DNA of 63,638 nt, counting the filler, from Reticulomyxa filosa (taxonomy: Eukaryota > Protista > Foraminifera), in the NCBI GenBank assembly GCA_000512085.1. It is 19 parts of 19 records of this genome, joined end to end, with 100 filler letters (N's around TTAATTAATTAA, not from the genome) between each part and the next. Parts side by side here need not be neighbours in the genome. Positions count along the whole stretch, not along the records: positions 1 to 3,666 come from ASPP01005335.1; positions 3,767 to 5,309 come from ASPP01018406.1; positions 5,410 to 8,859 come from ASPP01039318.1; positions 8,960 to 10,457 come from ASPP01027442.1; 15 more parts are not named here. The stretch is one strand, 5' to 3'. The notes beneath the pieces were generated by a model. The model did not search any database. It was not told where the DNA came from and saw nothing but the letters and a program-made list of their open reading frames with translations. Both the position numbers and the translations under genes were made by a program. Below are positions 1-9,288 of the stretch, one piece after another; within the stretch, counting starts at the first letter, position 1, and the number at the start of each line of letters is the position of its first letter.

Positions 1-809
1 AAAAAAAAAAAACTAGTGGCATTGGGACTTCCAGTGCCATCTGGAAAGCATCCGATGGACCAAATGGGACCTGAAATAAGTCCATACTCGGTTCCGACCC
101 ATCGAATTGGATTGTCGCTTACATTTTGTCCATTGAAAACGACCATATTGGGCTGATATTTTTGGATCAATTGCTGGACTCTTGGCGTGAGATCGGAAGT
201 GCCTCCATCAAACCAGAACTCTGTGAGTTCTCCATATGACGTGAATAACTCCGTCAATTGCTCCATTGCAATGTCTTCGAATTGCTGTTGAGTCACTTGC
301 ACTTGTCCTGGCAATAATGTCGTATTTTGCACCATGTGATTATCCACGTTCAAATAAAAATTGTTCGTCAAACTGTAATAAAAACCATAACCCAAATTGT
401 TTTTCTTCATTTCATCCACAAACAATCGCACTATGTCGTGTGGGTATGATGAAAATGCCACTGAGTAATTGTACATATGTCCTGTCGATGGAATTGTCAC
501 ATTCGTTGGCCAAAGACAAAATCCACATCCATGCTTCGCTGTTAACACTGCCGACTTTGCTCCCAAATTTTTATATGAAACGGCCCAATTGCTTATGTTC
601 AGTGCATAAGGGTTAAAAGATAGAGGATTCCCTGACATGTTCCAATTCTCCGGGTTGCAAGAGGGATCACTGTCACCGTAGTACGTGCCCATGTTAAAGT
701 GGGTCAAACCCACTATTTCGTTTGTTTGATATGATACTTGATATTGGGTTGGAATAACCACATCACACCAACCCAATTGTAGCACTAACCAAAATACATA
801 CAAAAACAT
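1..809 (-). CDS. alpha-L-fucosidase (GH29), 3'-partial (runs off window start)
   Basis: Manual translation from ATG 809, missed by the ORF track because there is no stop: signal-peptide-like MFLYVFWLVLQLGWC, then THFNMGTY, LTAKHGCGFCLWPT, GYGFYYS, YGELTEFWFDG (nucleophile motif) and RWVGTE. Confidence 0.85.
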   Translation of the reverse strand, partial: MFLYVFWLVLQLGWCDVVIPTQYQVSYQTNEIVGLTHFNMGTYYGDSDPSCNPENWNMSGNPLSFNPYALNISNWAVSYKNLGAKSAVLTAKHGCGFCLWPTNVTIPSTGHMYNYSVAFSSYPHDIVRLFVDEMKKNNLGYGFYYSLTNNFYLNVDNHMVQNTTLLPGQVQVTQQQFEDIAMEQLTELFTSYGELTEFWFDGGTSDLTPRVQQLIQKYQPNMVVFNGQNVSDNPIRWVGTEYGLISGPIWSIGCFPDGTGSPNATSFFF

Positions 810-1375
810 ATATATCAATCACACTTTTGTTTGTAACACAAAAACTCCTTTCGTCCAGAAGACGAGCATTTAAACAATGTGTACGCTACTCTTTCTCACT
901 AAAGAGAATAACATTAGCTATGTAAGAGGTTTATGTATTAGTGAACTACGAGACGGACACATTTCATTTCAATAGAGAAAATGAAAAAAAATTTATTGAA
1001 TGAAATAACTTTTTATAAATTATTTTCATCTTTTTTTTTTTTTTGCAAAAGGACTTTTGTGTTTATTACTTTAATCAATTATACTAATTAGTATAATTAA
1101 TTATTTTTCTAAATTTTTAAGAGATTCACTGTTTTCTTAAGAATTTTTTAAGCATATGTCCCCTTTTTTTTTTTAGATATAGAATTGAAGATTGTTTTAT
1201 TACTTTTTTTTTTTTTCAAAGATGGTCTTTGAATAAATGGAATCTGTATGGGATAACAGTAAACTTATACGAGTAATTCGAACACTAAAGCAAAAACGAG
1301 TGTCAAGTAACTCTGCAAACAAATTACAAGTGGAGAAAAAAAAAAAAAAGTACAAAACTTGGGATGGCATAAAGT

Positions 1376-2718
1376 TTAGGAAGAAGAGCAGGAAGAATTG
1401 GAGTTAGTGATGTGGAAAGTGGAATTTTCGTCATAATGTTTGGGGAGTCGTTTCAAAAAAAGTTTAACCAAGCATGAAACAGCGTGAGATATATCGTTGT
1501 GATCCTTTGGAAACTCGTGATAGATAGACCACAGCAAATGAGGACAGCATCGACTCATAGCCTTCACTCCAACAATTCCATGGCACCATTGCTCTATTGT
1601 ATCGAGCAGTTGTTTTTGTTTGTCTTTGCTGTGTTTGGCCTCCCTCATTGACATTGTCAATTTTTCTTTTCCTTCCTTTCCGCTCAGTACTTCTCCAATT
1701 ATGTCCACCATTTCATTTTCATTAAAATGTTGTACCTTTCATTACGTGCACACATACATACGTATACATAAATAAATAAAAATACGTATATAAAAGTGGA
1801 GGGAGGGGGGGGAAGGGGGAGGGGAGGAAGGGAAAAAAAAACTTGTTCACAATAATTATACTTCCATCCATCTTTATTTTTTTGAGTAAGTTTTTTGGTA
1901 GACGCGGTAATGTCGGAATCGGGTAGTGCATGTGGAAACGACACCCGCAGATATCGGACGCCACGACTCTTGGCAAAGGAGGTGAGATGTGACTCTTCCA
2001 AATATTCTGTAACTTCAACTTTTCGTGACAAACAGGCGGCCATGCGATCGTCGGCCAAAGAATCGGGTGCACTCGAATTAGTATTGGCATTAGCATTAGC
2101 ATTAGCATTGGCTTGTTCATTGTATTGCGTTAGGTAATGACATGCCATTTCGATCGTGCTTTTCCCAATGTCTGTGTCAATCTTCCAAACGGGTCCAAAT
2201 AACGTTGTCATCTTTATTATGCCACGCTTACTTGGGTCCTCTTTTTGCTCGTCGTTTGGCCGTCGTCGCTTCCGTTTTGAGCCTGTCTCTTCGTTGTTCT
2301 CTTCCTTTGTTTCGTCTCTCGTCCGCTTTGCGTTCTTTCTCTTTGCTCTGTTACTATTGCTATTGCTATTGCTATTAGTATTACTATTGTCGTTAGTGCT
2401 GCTTGCATTGCTAACGGAAGGGGTGTCAACTATGTTGACTGTTTCAGTCATGACCGACTGATTGCTGCTTCTTGTTAAAAATACCATGTCGCCAAACTTA
2501 AGGTTCAATGCACTAAGTAGGGTGACATTTGACAACTCTGCTTCGTCAGCCTTCCCGTGTATTTTCAATTGCTGGGCGTGTACGTCGGGCATGTCGTTCA
2601 GCTCTTCGGAAATCTGCTGTTTCAAATGCCCCACTGTGGTACTGTCTAGAGGGGTTTTTATCTGCACACGATCACAGCCTTTTGCATGGCGTATACGGAC
2701 CATGAAAGGTGAAGACAT
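1376..2718 (-). CDS. protein with an N-terminal ubiquitin-like domain and a low-complexity linker; one intron (1736-1842)
   Basis: MSSPFMVRIRHAKGCDRVQI...TVGHLKQQI...LLSALNLKFGDMVFL fits a Ubl pattern. Removing the GT..AG intron joins the frame to ORF 1376-1711. Confidence 0.6.
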
Positions 2719-2951
2719 TTTTTTTTTTTTTTTTTTTTTGTGTGGGTCTTTGAAGGGGGTTTCCTTTGCGTCTGGTGCTTGCGAGTAACCGGAGATAGTT
2801 GTACAGTCAGTTATTTTTCTAATAGCTTGCATTAAAAAACGTAAAAAAAATTGAAAAAGTTGAAGCTTGAATAGATTTTTGTTGGGGGTCGTTGAGTAGG
2901 GTTTTTTTTTTTTTTGTAAGAAAAGAAAATAATTGAATAAGGAGAAAGAAA

Positions 2952-3606
2952 ATGGACGATTTTGACTGTGATGTCATGCCCTCTCCTCATGATATGGATG
3001 AAATGGGTCTGGAATCACCAATGGTTCTTAGTGCGTCTCCAAGCCCTCGCGATGGCGGGCAATTTTTGGACCAAGCGGAAACCCCAAAGGAGACAAGCGT
3101 ACAGGACAAAGACAAGACGCAACACTCTGAGTCGCAAGCTAGCAGAGAAGGTAGCGACAAGCAAGTGACAAAGGCGATTCACACAGTGAAGCGTTTAGAA
3201 AAGCAGCGTCGGCCAAGTAACATAACAGTATTAGGAGCACTCGTGAAGCAGTTGTTTATGGAAAAGAAAATAGCCGAGGACGGCGTGCCCGTTCAAGTGG
3301 TTGACAATTTATTTTTAGGAAGTATCGGGGCGGCGATGAATGTCCCCTTTCTGTCAAAAGAAGGGATTTCCCATATTCTGTGTGTGGCCAATCAAATTAA
3401 GCCAAAGGCACCTGAGAAGTTTGTGTATAAGACTGTTGGTAAGTTATATAATGTGTATATGCGTATACATATTTTGTATGTACATAATGTATAAATAAAT
3501 AAAAAGACATATTGGATGCTCCTGATTGTCCTATATTGGAACACTTTGATGATACGTTCGAATTTATCGAAAGTGCGTTGTCGAAAGGCAAAATATTAGT
3601 GCACTG
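2952..3606 (+). CDS. dual-specificity protein phosphatase, 3'-partial
   Basis: PVQVVDNLFLGSIGAA...GISHILCVA. After an intron: DILDAPDCPILEHFDDTFEFIESALSKGKILVH(C). The next intron starts within the HCX5R motif. Confidence 0.85.
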
Positions 3607-3666
3607 GTTAAGCAAGAACCAAACTGAATAAACAATAACAATATATATATACATATATATATATAT

Positions 3667-3766
3667 NNNNNNNNNNNNNNNNNNNNNNNNNNNNNNNNNN
3701 NNNNNNNNNNTTAATTAATTAANNNNNNNNNNNNNNNNNNNNNNNNNNNNNNNNNNNNNNNNNNNN
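3667..3766. other. artificial contig-join spacer, first of 18 (the others start at 5310, 8860, 10458, 12465, 22764, 23918, 27839, 29195, 39633, 41676, 46668, 50008, 51151, 52763, 55563, 59326, 60473)
   Basis: Identical 44N-TTAATTAATTAA-44N linker that places stop codons in all six frames. Confidence 0.98.
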
Positions 3767-4084
3767 ATCGTGAACTGCCTGTTCGCCGTCATCCTGGGCG
3801 GCGGTCTCGTGCTATTCAAGAAACCGCTGCTGAAGCCGCTGTTCGGCGCGGCTTTCAGGCTGACCGACGAGGGCTGGTATCAGCTCACGATGCGCTGGAC
3901 GGTGTTCTTCTTCGTCTTGGCCATCGTCAACGAAGTCATGTGGCGCAACTTCCCGACCGACACGTGGATCGCCAGCAAGATGTTCCTGAGCTTCCCGCTG
4001 ACGCTGGTCTTCGCCTTCCTGCAGATCCCGCTGCTCCGGCGCTACTGGGACGGCGACGACAATCCCTTCGCGCGCGGAAGCTGA
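3767..4084 (+). CDS. yciB: intracellular septation protein A / inner-membrane protein YciB, C-terminal part (bacterial)
   Basis: KPLLKPLFGAAFRLTDEGWYQLTMRWTVFFFVLAIVNEVMWRNFPTDTWIASKMF...LTLVFAFLQIPLL matches the IspZ/YciB C-terminus. Codon usage is GC-rich bacterial. Confidence 0.85.
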   Translation: MVNCLFAVILGGGLVLFKKPLLKPLFGAAFRLTDEGWYQLTMRWTVFFFVLAIVNEVMWRNFPTDTWIASKMFLSFPLTLVFAFLQIPLLRRYWDGDDNPFARGS

Positions 4085-4113
4085 GGTTATGAAGAGCGAC
4101 CGCCACCTGCTCT

Positions 4114-4194
4114 TGTCATCCTGAGCGAAGCGAAGGATCTCACGTTAGCCACGGAGTGCGCTGGTCGCTCAGCTCGGTCCTTCGCTGCGCTCAG
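4114..4194. repeat. REP-like extragenic palindrome with its right arm truncated by the IS
   Basis: Left arm TGTCATCCTGAGCGAAGCGAAGGATC (4114-4139) and right arm GGTCCTTCGCTGCGCTCAG (4176-4194) are complementary at 17 of 19 positions. The expected terminal GATGACA is replaced by IS sequence. Confidence 0.8.
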
Positions 4195-4211
4195 CAACCA
4201 TTAAGAATGCA

Positions 4212-5169
4212 CTATGCGGCGACGCGGCGAGATGAGATCCACGGGGTGCCGCGGGCGACGACGGCGTTGACCTGGATGAGCATCTTGCGCGCACAGGCGA
4301 TCATGATCTTACGATGGGGTTTGCCGGCGGTCTTCAGGCGTTGACTACAGCGCCTTGATGGCCGGATTCCAGCGGAAGGCGGCCGCGAGGCTGGCGGCAT
4401 AGAGCGCGCGACGCACCCGATCGCGGCCGCCGCCGATGCGGCTCTGACCTCTCCATTTGCCCGACTGCCGCACGAAGGGAGCCAGCCCCGCCAGGGAGAC
4501 GATCGGTTCACGCTCGAGACGCCCGAGTTCGGGCAGCAGCAGCAGCAGGCTGAGCGCGGTGCGCTCGCCGACCCCGTCGACGCTCTGGATCAGTTGCAGC
4601 CGGGCCAGCAGGTCAGGCTCGGCGGCGATGCTCTTCATCAGCAGGATCCGCTCTGCCGCCTCGCGCCGTTCCAGCCGCTCGACCTCCCGGCGCAGGAAGC
4701 GGCGCACATGCGCCAGATGCGCGGCCTCCAGGCGCGTCTTGGCCCGCACCACGTCGTCCTCCAGCTGCTCGATCAGCCGCAGATGCTCGGCAAGGGGAAC
4801 CAGCCGCGCATCCGAAGCCTCGTGCACCTTGTCGAGCAACGCCGCGCAGGTGGCGATCAGCGCCGCATCCAGCGGGTCACTCTTGGCCCGGCGCAGGCGG
4901 TATTGCGCGAACGCCCGGACCTGTAGGGGCTGCAATACCGCTACTTCGAAGCCGGCCTCGCGCAACGTGCCAGTCACTTCCTGCGAGTACGAACCGGTGG
5001 ATTCCAGACCGACCCGCACGACCTGCGCCGCGCGGAGCCATTGGATCAGCTGGCGGTGGCCGGCTGCACTGTTGTCGAACGCCATGCGGTCTGCCGCGCC
5101 GTGCAGCGCCACGTCCAGCCGCGCCTTGCCGATGTCGATCCCGGCTACGACCATGCTAACATCGCTCAT
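4212..5169 (-). pseudogene. IS110 DEDD recombinase/transposase, 318 aa if a single-base insertion at 4345 is removed
   Basis: GIDIGK (D), LESTG (E), AKSDPLDA (D,D), DGVG and LAGLAP..RQSG (catalytic Ser region). The C-terminus YQRLKTAGKPHRKIMIACARKML continues in the shifted frame (ORF 4212-4511). Confidence 0.9.
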
Positions 5170-5309
5170 CTTCGTCCATCCTGCCTCGTCTTCGAACCTG
5201 GAGTTCGGGCAACCATCCGGATCGGGTGAAGAGGCCGGCCGCGATCTTGCTGAGCTCATCCCCCAAAGGGATCAGACGACGTCGATCCGACGACCGGCCG
5301 CGCGGGCCC
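5169..5309 (-). ncRNA. predicted IS110 bridge RNA (target-binding loop about 5233-5299, donor-binding loop about 5169-5232), 5'-truncated
   Basis: Two stem/internal-loop/hairpin modules with identical spacing. Guide segments match the insertion target (CTGAGC; YGTCATCC with wobbles) and the IS right end (ATGGTTGC). Confidence 0.85.
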
Positions 5310-6383
5310 NNNNNNNNNNNNNNNNNNNNNNNNNNNNNNNNNNNNNNNNNNNNTTAATTAATTAANNNNNNNNNNNNNNNNNNNNNNNNNNNNNNNNNNN
5401 NNNNNNNNNCAATCATCTCTATAATGTGCCGTTTTAGGTGTCAACTTTACTTTATATTCTAATGTATATTGTTATGATGAATATTTTAAGTCTTTTTATT
5501 ATGCCCTTCAGAAACTCGACATCACGTAGATATAATTTTTTAAAAATGATAATAGTATCTCTTTTAGAATTTGAGAAAAACACGCTTCTTTATTTTGAAA
5601 CTTCGCCTTCAGTAGTGTAGAGAACCTGGAGCGGAAAAACACGTTTTAAGAAAGTAAGAAGGCGTTTTTGGAAATTAAATTAAAACGAAAACAACTTTGT
5701 TTATTTGGAGTCATACTGACTCCATTGTGACGTAAGTAGTCTCACTACAGTAGCTTGTAAAAAAAATAGGAAACCTAAAATGCTACTTTATTAAGATGAT
5801 TTTTTTTATTTGATATTTGTGATACAATTCAGCGTAAAATTGTTATGACAGCTAAAGACTCAAAAAGATTATTCAATGTCAGAAGTGAAATTAAAGTTTT
5901 TTATCAATAACTAGGATTTTGAAATTGAAAAGATGTCACTACATGCACAGGAAGTGATGAAATTTGTTATGTGTGAAAAAAAGGAGTACAAAGTTCTAGT
6001 GGTAGAGCGGTTATAGAAAGGCCAATGTTTGTGAGTGTAATATCACAGTTGGGAGTGCTTTGGTGCTAAAAGTGTTGGACTACTTGCAAAATTGGTATGC
6101 ATTAATTACCATTATACGAAATATTACCAAATGTGTCTATTTTTTTGAAACTACTGTAGTACGACGCGGAAAATTGATTTTGGAGGCAAACTTTAAACAT
6201 GACGCAATCAGGTTAAAAAAAATTAATCAAAATTAAGTAATATTTAATCTTATACGACAGAACAAGGATTGCCAGTTAGTGTCTTAAAAGAAAAAAAGTA
6301 CGTTTTTCCTTCTCATATGTATTTTTTTCTGCAAACTGTTCTTTATTTTGAGTTTATCCGAAAATCAAAATTATTCCTGTGCA

Positions 6384-6508
6384 TGTAGGATAAGTCCCTA
6401 TTATACAATCTCAAATACTAAGAACGGTGGACCCCCGGTGGGTTAAAACCCTCTTCACAACACAACTCACTTTTGTGTTTTCTTTACTTGTTTTCCTTTC
6501 TTGTGTTG
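6384..6508 (+). repeat. interspersed repeat, copy 1 (TG-starting, possible mobile-element terminus)
   Basis: Near-identical to 46543-46667. Similarity begins abruptly at TGTAGG. Confidence 0.85.
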
Positions 6509-7569
6509 AAATTATTTTTGTTAATTTAATTTCCTTTTACTGAAGTTGCTTTTTGGAACTAAGTTCCTTTCGTATTACACTTAGTCGTCAAACATAGTTT
6601 GTAAGGAAGGCCCCACTGTTTAATGTCAAGGTTCAAGTGAACCTTGAAATCCTTGTTCTAAGACTTTCTAACAACTTACTTCTCTTTTTTCTCTTCTTGT
6701 TTCGCTGTTGGTGTCATTTATCTTTTAATTTAATTATTTTCTATTAAACGGTCTCAGAGATCATTATCTTTTCGTACTACACTTTGTACCAGTCAGTGCT
6801 CCCCATACTCACTTCACTTAATCTCACCAAAAGTGTGCTCACATTAAACAATTTATACAGAATTGCAGACCCTAATGCAACCCAAATGTAAAAAAACAAA
6901 TCAAAACACTTGTAAATCGTACGCTATTCTCACGTCTGAGTAATAGATGTCATGTGGATGTCGTTTGTGGTTAACATAAATCAATATCTACTGAATTTTA
7001 TGAAGATAAATTCACAAAATAAAAAGAAAATAAGAAAGAAAAAGTGTTATTTTGAAGAAAAAGTTTAGCTCATTGGAGCTTCACAGTTCCTTTGGAACTT
7101 GGCCATATAGAATAGGAACTTGCACAACGTTACTATAGTATTAACAGAAACAGTTGAAAATATCCAATTGATTTGAAGTTTGTAGTACACGACTCATAGT
7201 CATAGTTGACTCCATCGTTTTATTTAAAGAAGTTTCTTTTAATCCTTGAATTATCTTTTACGCCCATTTAATCCTCAGACTTTTCTAGCATCAGTTTTCC
7301 TAGTTTGAGAAAAAACAAGAGAAACATTTGACGCATTGAATATCTAGATATTTACTTTAAAAGAAATTTCAAAAAATGAAAAACATTTCGATTAGCCATA
7401 GCATTTGCTTTCTTTAGTTCACAATTTTTTATTGATAATATTGTCGAATTGAATTTCTTAACAACAAGTTTCGTGTGACAGGCAACTGCAGAAACGAAAG
7501 GGTTGGGCTGTATTCATATTTGGATTTTGATACAAGAAAAATCATCTCGATCTAAACTGATTGAGAGAT

Positions 7570-8808
7570 ATGAGCGCTCCCTCTTCGGAAGAAGAAACTA
7601 AAATACGCGCTCTTTTGACTAAATTTCTCAAAAAAGAGGACGTAGACAAACTGGTGAATCATTTGTTGAACACCGTCGAGTGTACAGAGTTGGATGATGT
7701 TATTGATCTTTCAGCGAAGATTTGGCAAGAAATCTTTGGGAATGTGAAGATAGCGCCTGTACCAAAGAAGAAGTTACTGAAAGAAATAAATAAAAAGCGT
7801 CCTGAGTCAAAGCAGCTGGATGTTGACCAAATTGTTGATGCAATGGAAACAAGGTTTGTAATGACTTTGTATACGTGAGTGTTTTACTCAACACACGTAA
7901 ATAATAATAAAGTAGCAAAAAAGAAACGAAATCGATTGCAACTACTTCGGACGAAAAGAAAATTGTGAATGAAGAGGTCAAGGATTCACAGTTTAAAAAA
8001 ATAGAGTCGTTAGTTATATGGAAAATTTTTGTGTTGCCCAAATTAAACAGTCACTAAAACTCTTTCTTCATATCTTTACGCTTTCACTGCGCAAAATAAC
8101 ACAAACACAGCCCAGAAGATCGTGTAATTGAACCACAGCAACAAATAAGCGATAGTTCAAACATCACAAAAGAAATACCAGTGAATCCGATCCCAAAGTT
8201 ACGTAGTCCTGGAGGGAGGACATAATACTCGCTCCGGTTTAAAGAGTTGATATACAAACACTATTTTGTCTTTTGTGAACAGTAACAAAGCCATATCCGA
8301 TATAGAAGAAGGGGTATGTCTTTAAGATTTTCTATTGCAATAGCACAACAAAATTATTTTTTGGCCTCTGAAAAACGATAGAAAACTGCTTCGGTCTTCC
8401 CAATAATCCCCTTTCCTCTAGGAATCCGAGCACTAATGTTGAACATCATAAAGAGTATGCCGTCATTCATGGAGTTGAAGGTGATTCGGGGTTGATCATA
8501 CTTCAGGTATGTAAGTTTATGTGACATTTACAAAGTTTTTTTCTAAAAAACTCACAAAGATAACCAATTTAGCTAATGATGGAAACAATTATGCACAGAA
8601 TAATACCCGAATAGAGTTCAAACTCAATGACCAAAGATGGTCTGACTTGAAACTTGAATTGGGAGATGAAATTGTATGTCAGTATGAAGTGGCAGGAGAT
8701 AAGACACATATCAAGTCTATTAGATTCCCAAGGTTGTACACGCTGACTCTCTCTGGAGATGCACAAGCCACCTCCCCTCATTCTTTGCAGGATGGTAGTA
8801 CGGAACAA
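7570..8808 (+). CDS. hypothetical multi-exon protein with a possible SAM-like N-terminus, 3'-partial
   Basis: ORFs 7561-7878 and 8521-8808 are linked through GT-AG-bounded segments. Helical N-terminus ECTELDDVIDL...KKKLLKEI. Confidence 0.45.
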
Positions 8809-8813
8809 GTATG

Positions 8814-8849
<36 letters not shown>

Positions 8850-9288
8850 CTTTTTTTTTNNNNNNNNNNNNNNNNNNNNNNNNNNNNNNNNNNNNNNNNN
8901 NNNTTAATTAATTAANNNNNNNNNNNNNNNNNNNNNNNNNNNNNNNNNNNNNNNNNNNNACCCACAATGTAAAAAAAATAAACCACAATCATATTTGATT
9001 ATGGAATATTCTCGTTTGTCATTTTTTGCAAAAAATAGTGGTCGGTACTTGTTTGTTGCACGGCATTTGTACTTGTGCGTTGTCCTGGACACGATCGCGT
9101 TTATAATCAATATAAAATAAAATATGGTTTTGAGAGTCAAAAGCACCCTCCAAAATGCACTGCATTTATGATTAAAATGATACCAAAAGTGGCTTGGTTG
9201 TTTATGTATTGTATTGCTTATCCGGTTTCAATCTGTACCCAATTGCGGGTACGTAGAATGTTTTCTTCCTCGGTCAAGTATGAATCGG

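Larger units (their letters stand above)
4193..5309 (-). mobile_element. IS110-family insertion sequence (IS110 group: non-coding region upstream of the gene); left end cut by contig end
   Basis: DEDD recombinase gene, short right end (17 nt after the stop) ending ...ATGGTTG-CT, and a structured upstream non-coding region. Confidence 0.92.

Noticed and set aside
4340-4350. Programmed frameshift or TAG readthrough in the transposase
   Set aside because: There is no slippery sequence, readthrough would not restore the frame, and a one-base insertion explains it fully.
5170-5259. 30-aa N-terminal extension of the transposase
   Set aside because: IS110 proteins start a few residues before GID, and this stretch is better explained as structured RNA.
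3767-5309. Integration of a bacterial IS into the eukaryotic genome
   Set aside because: No real junction with host DNA is visible, and the flank is a bacterial gene.
4457-5365. 302-aa plus-strand ORF and nested small ORFs
   Set aside because: Antisense shadows of the GC-rich recombinase gene with no motifs; the long ORF runs into the spacer.
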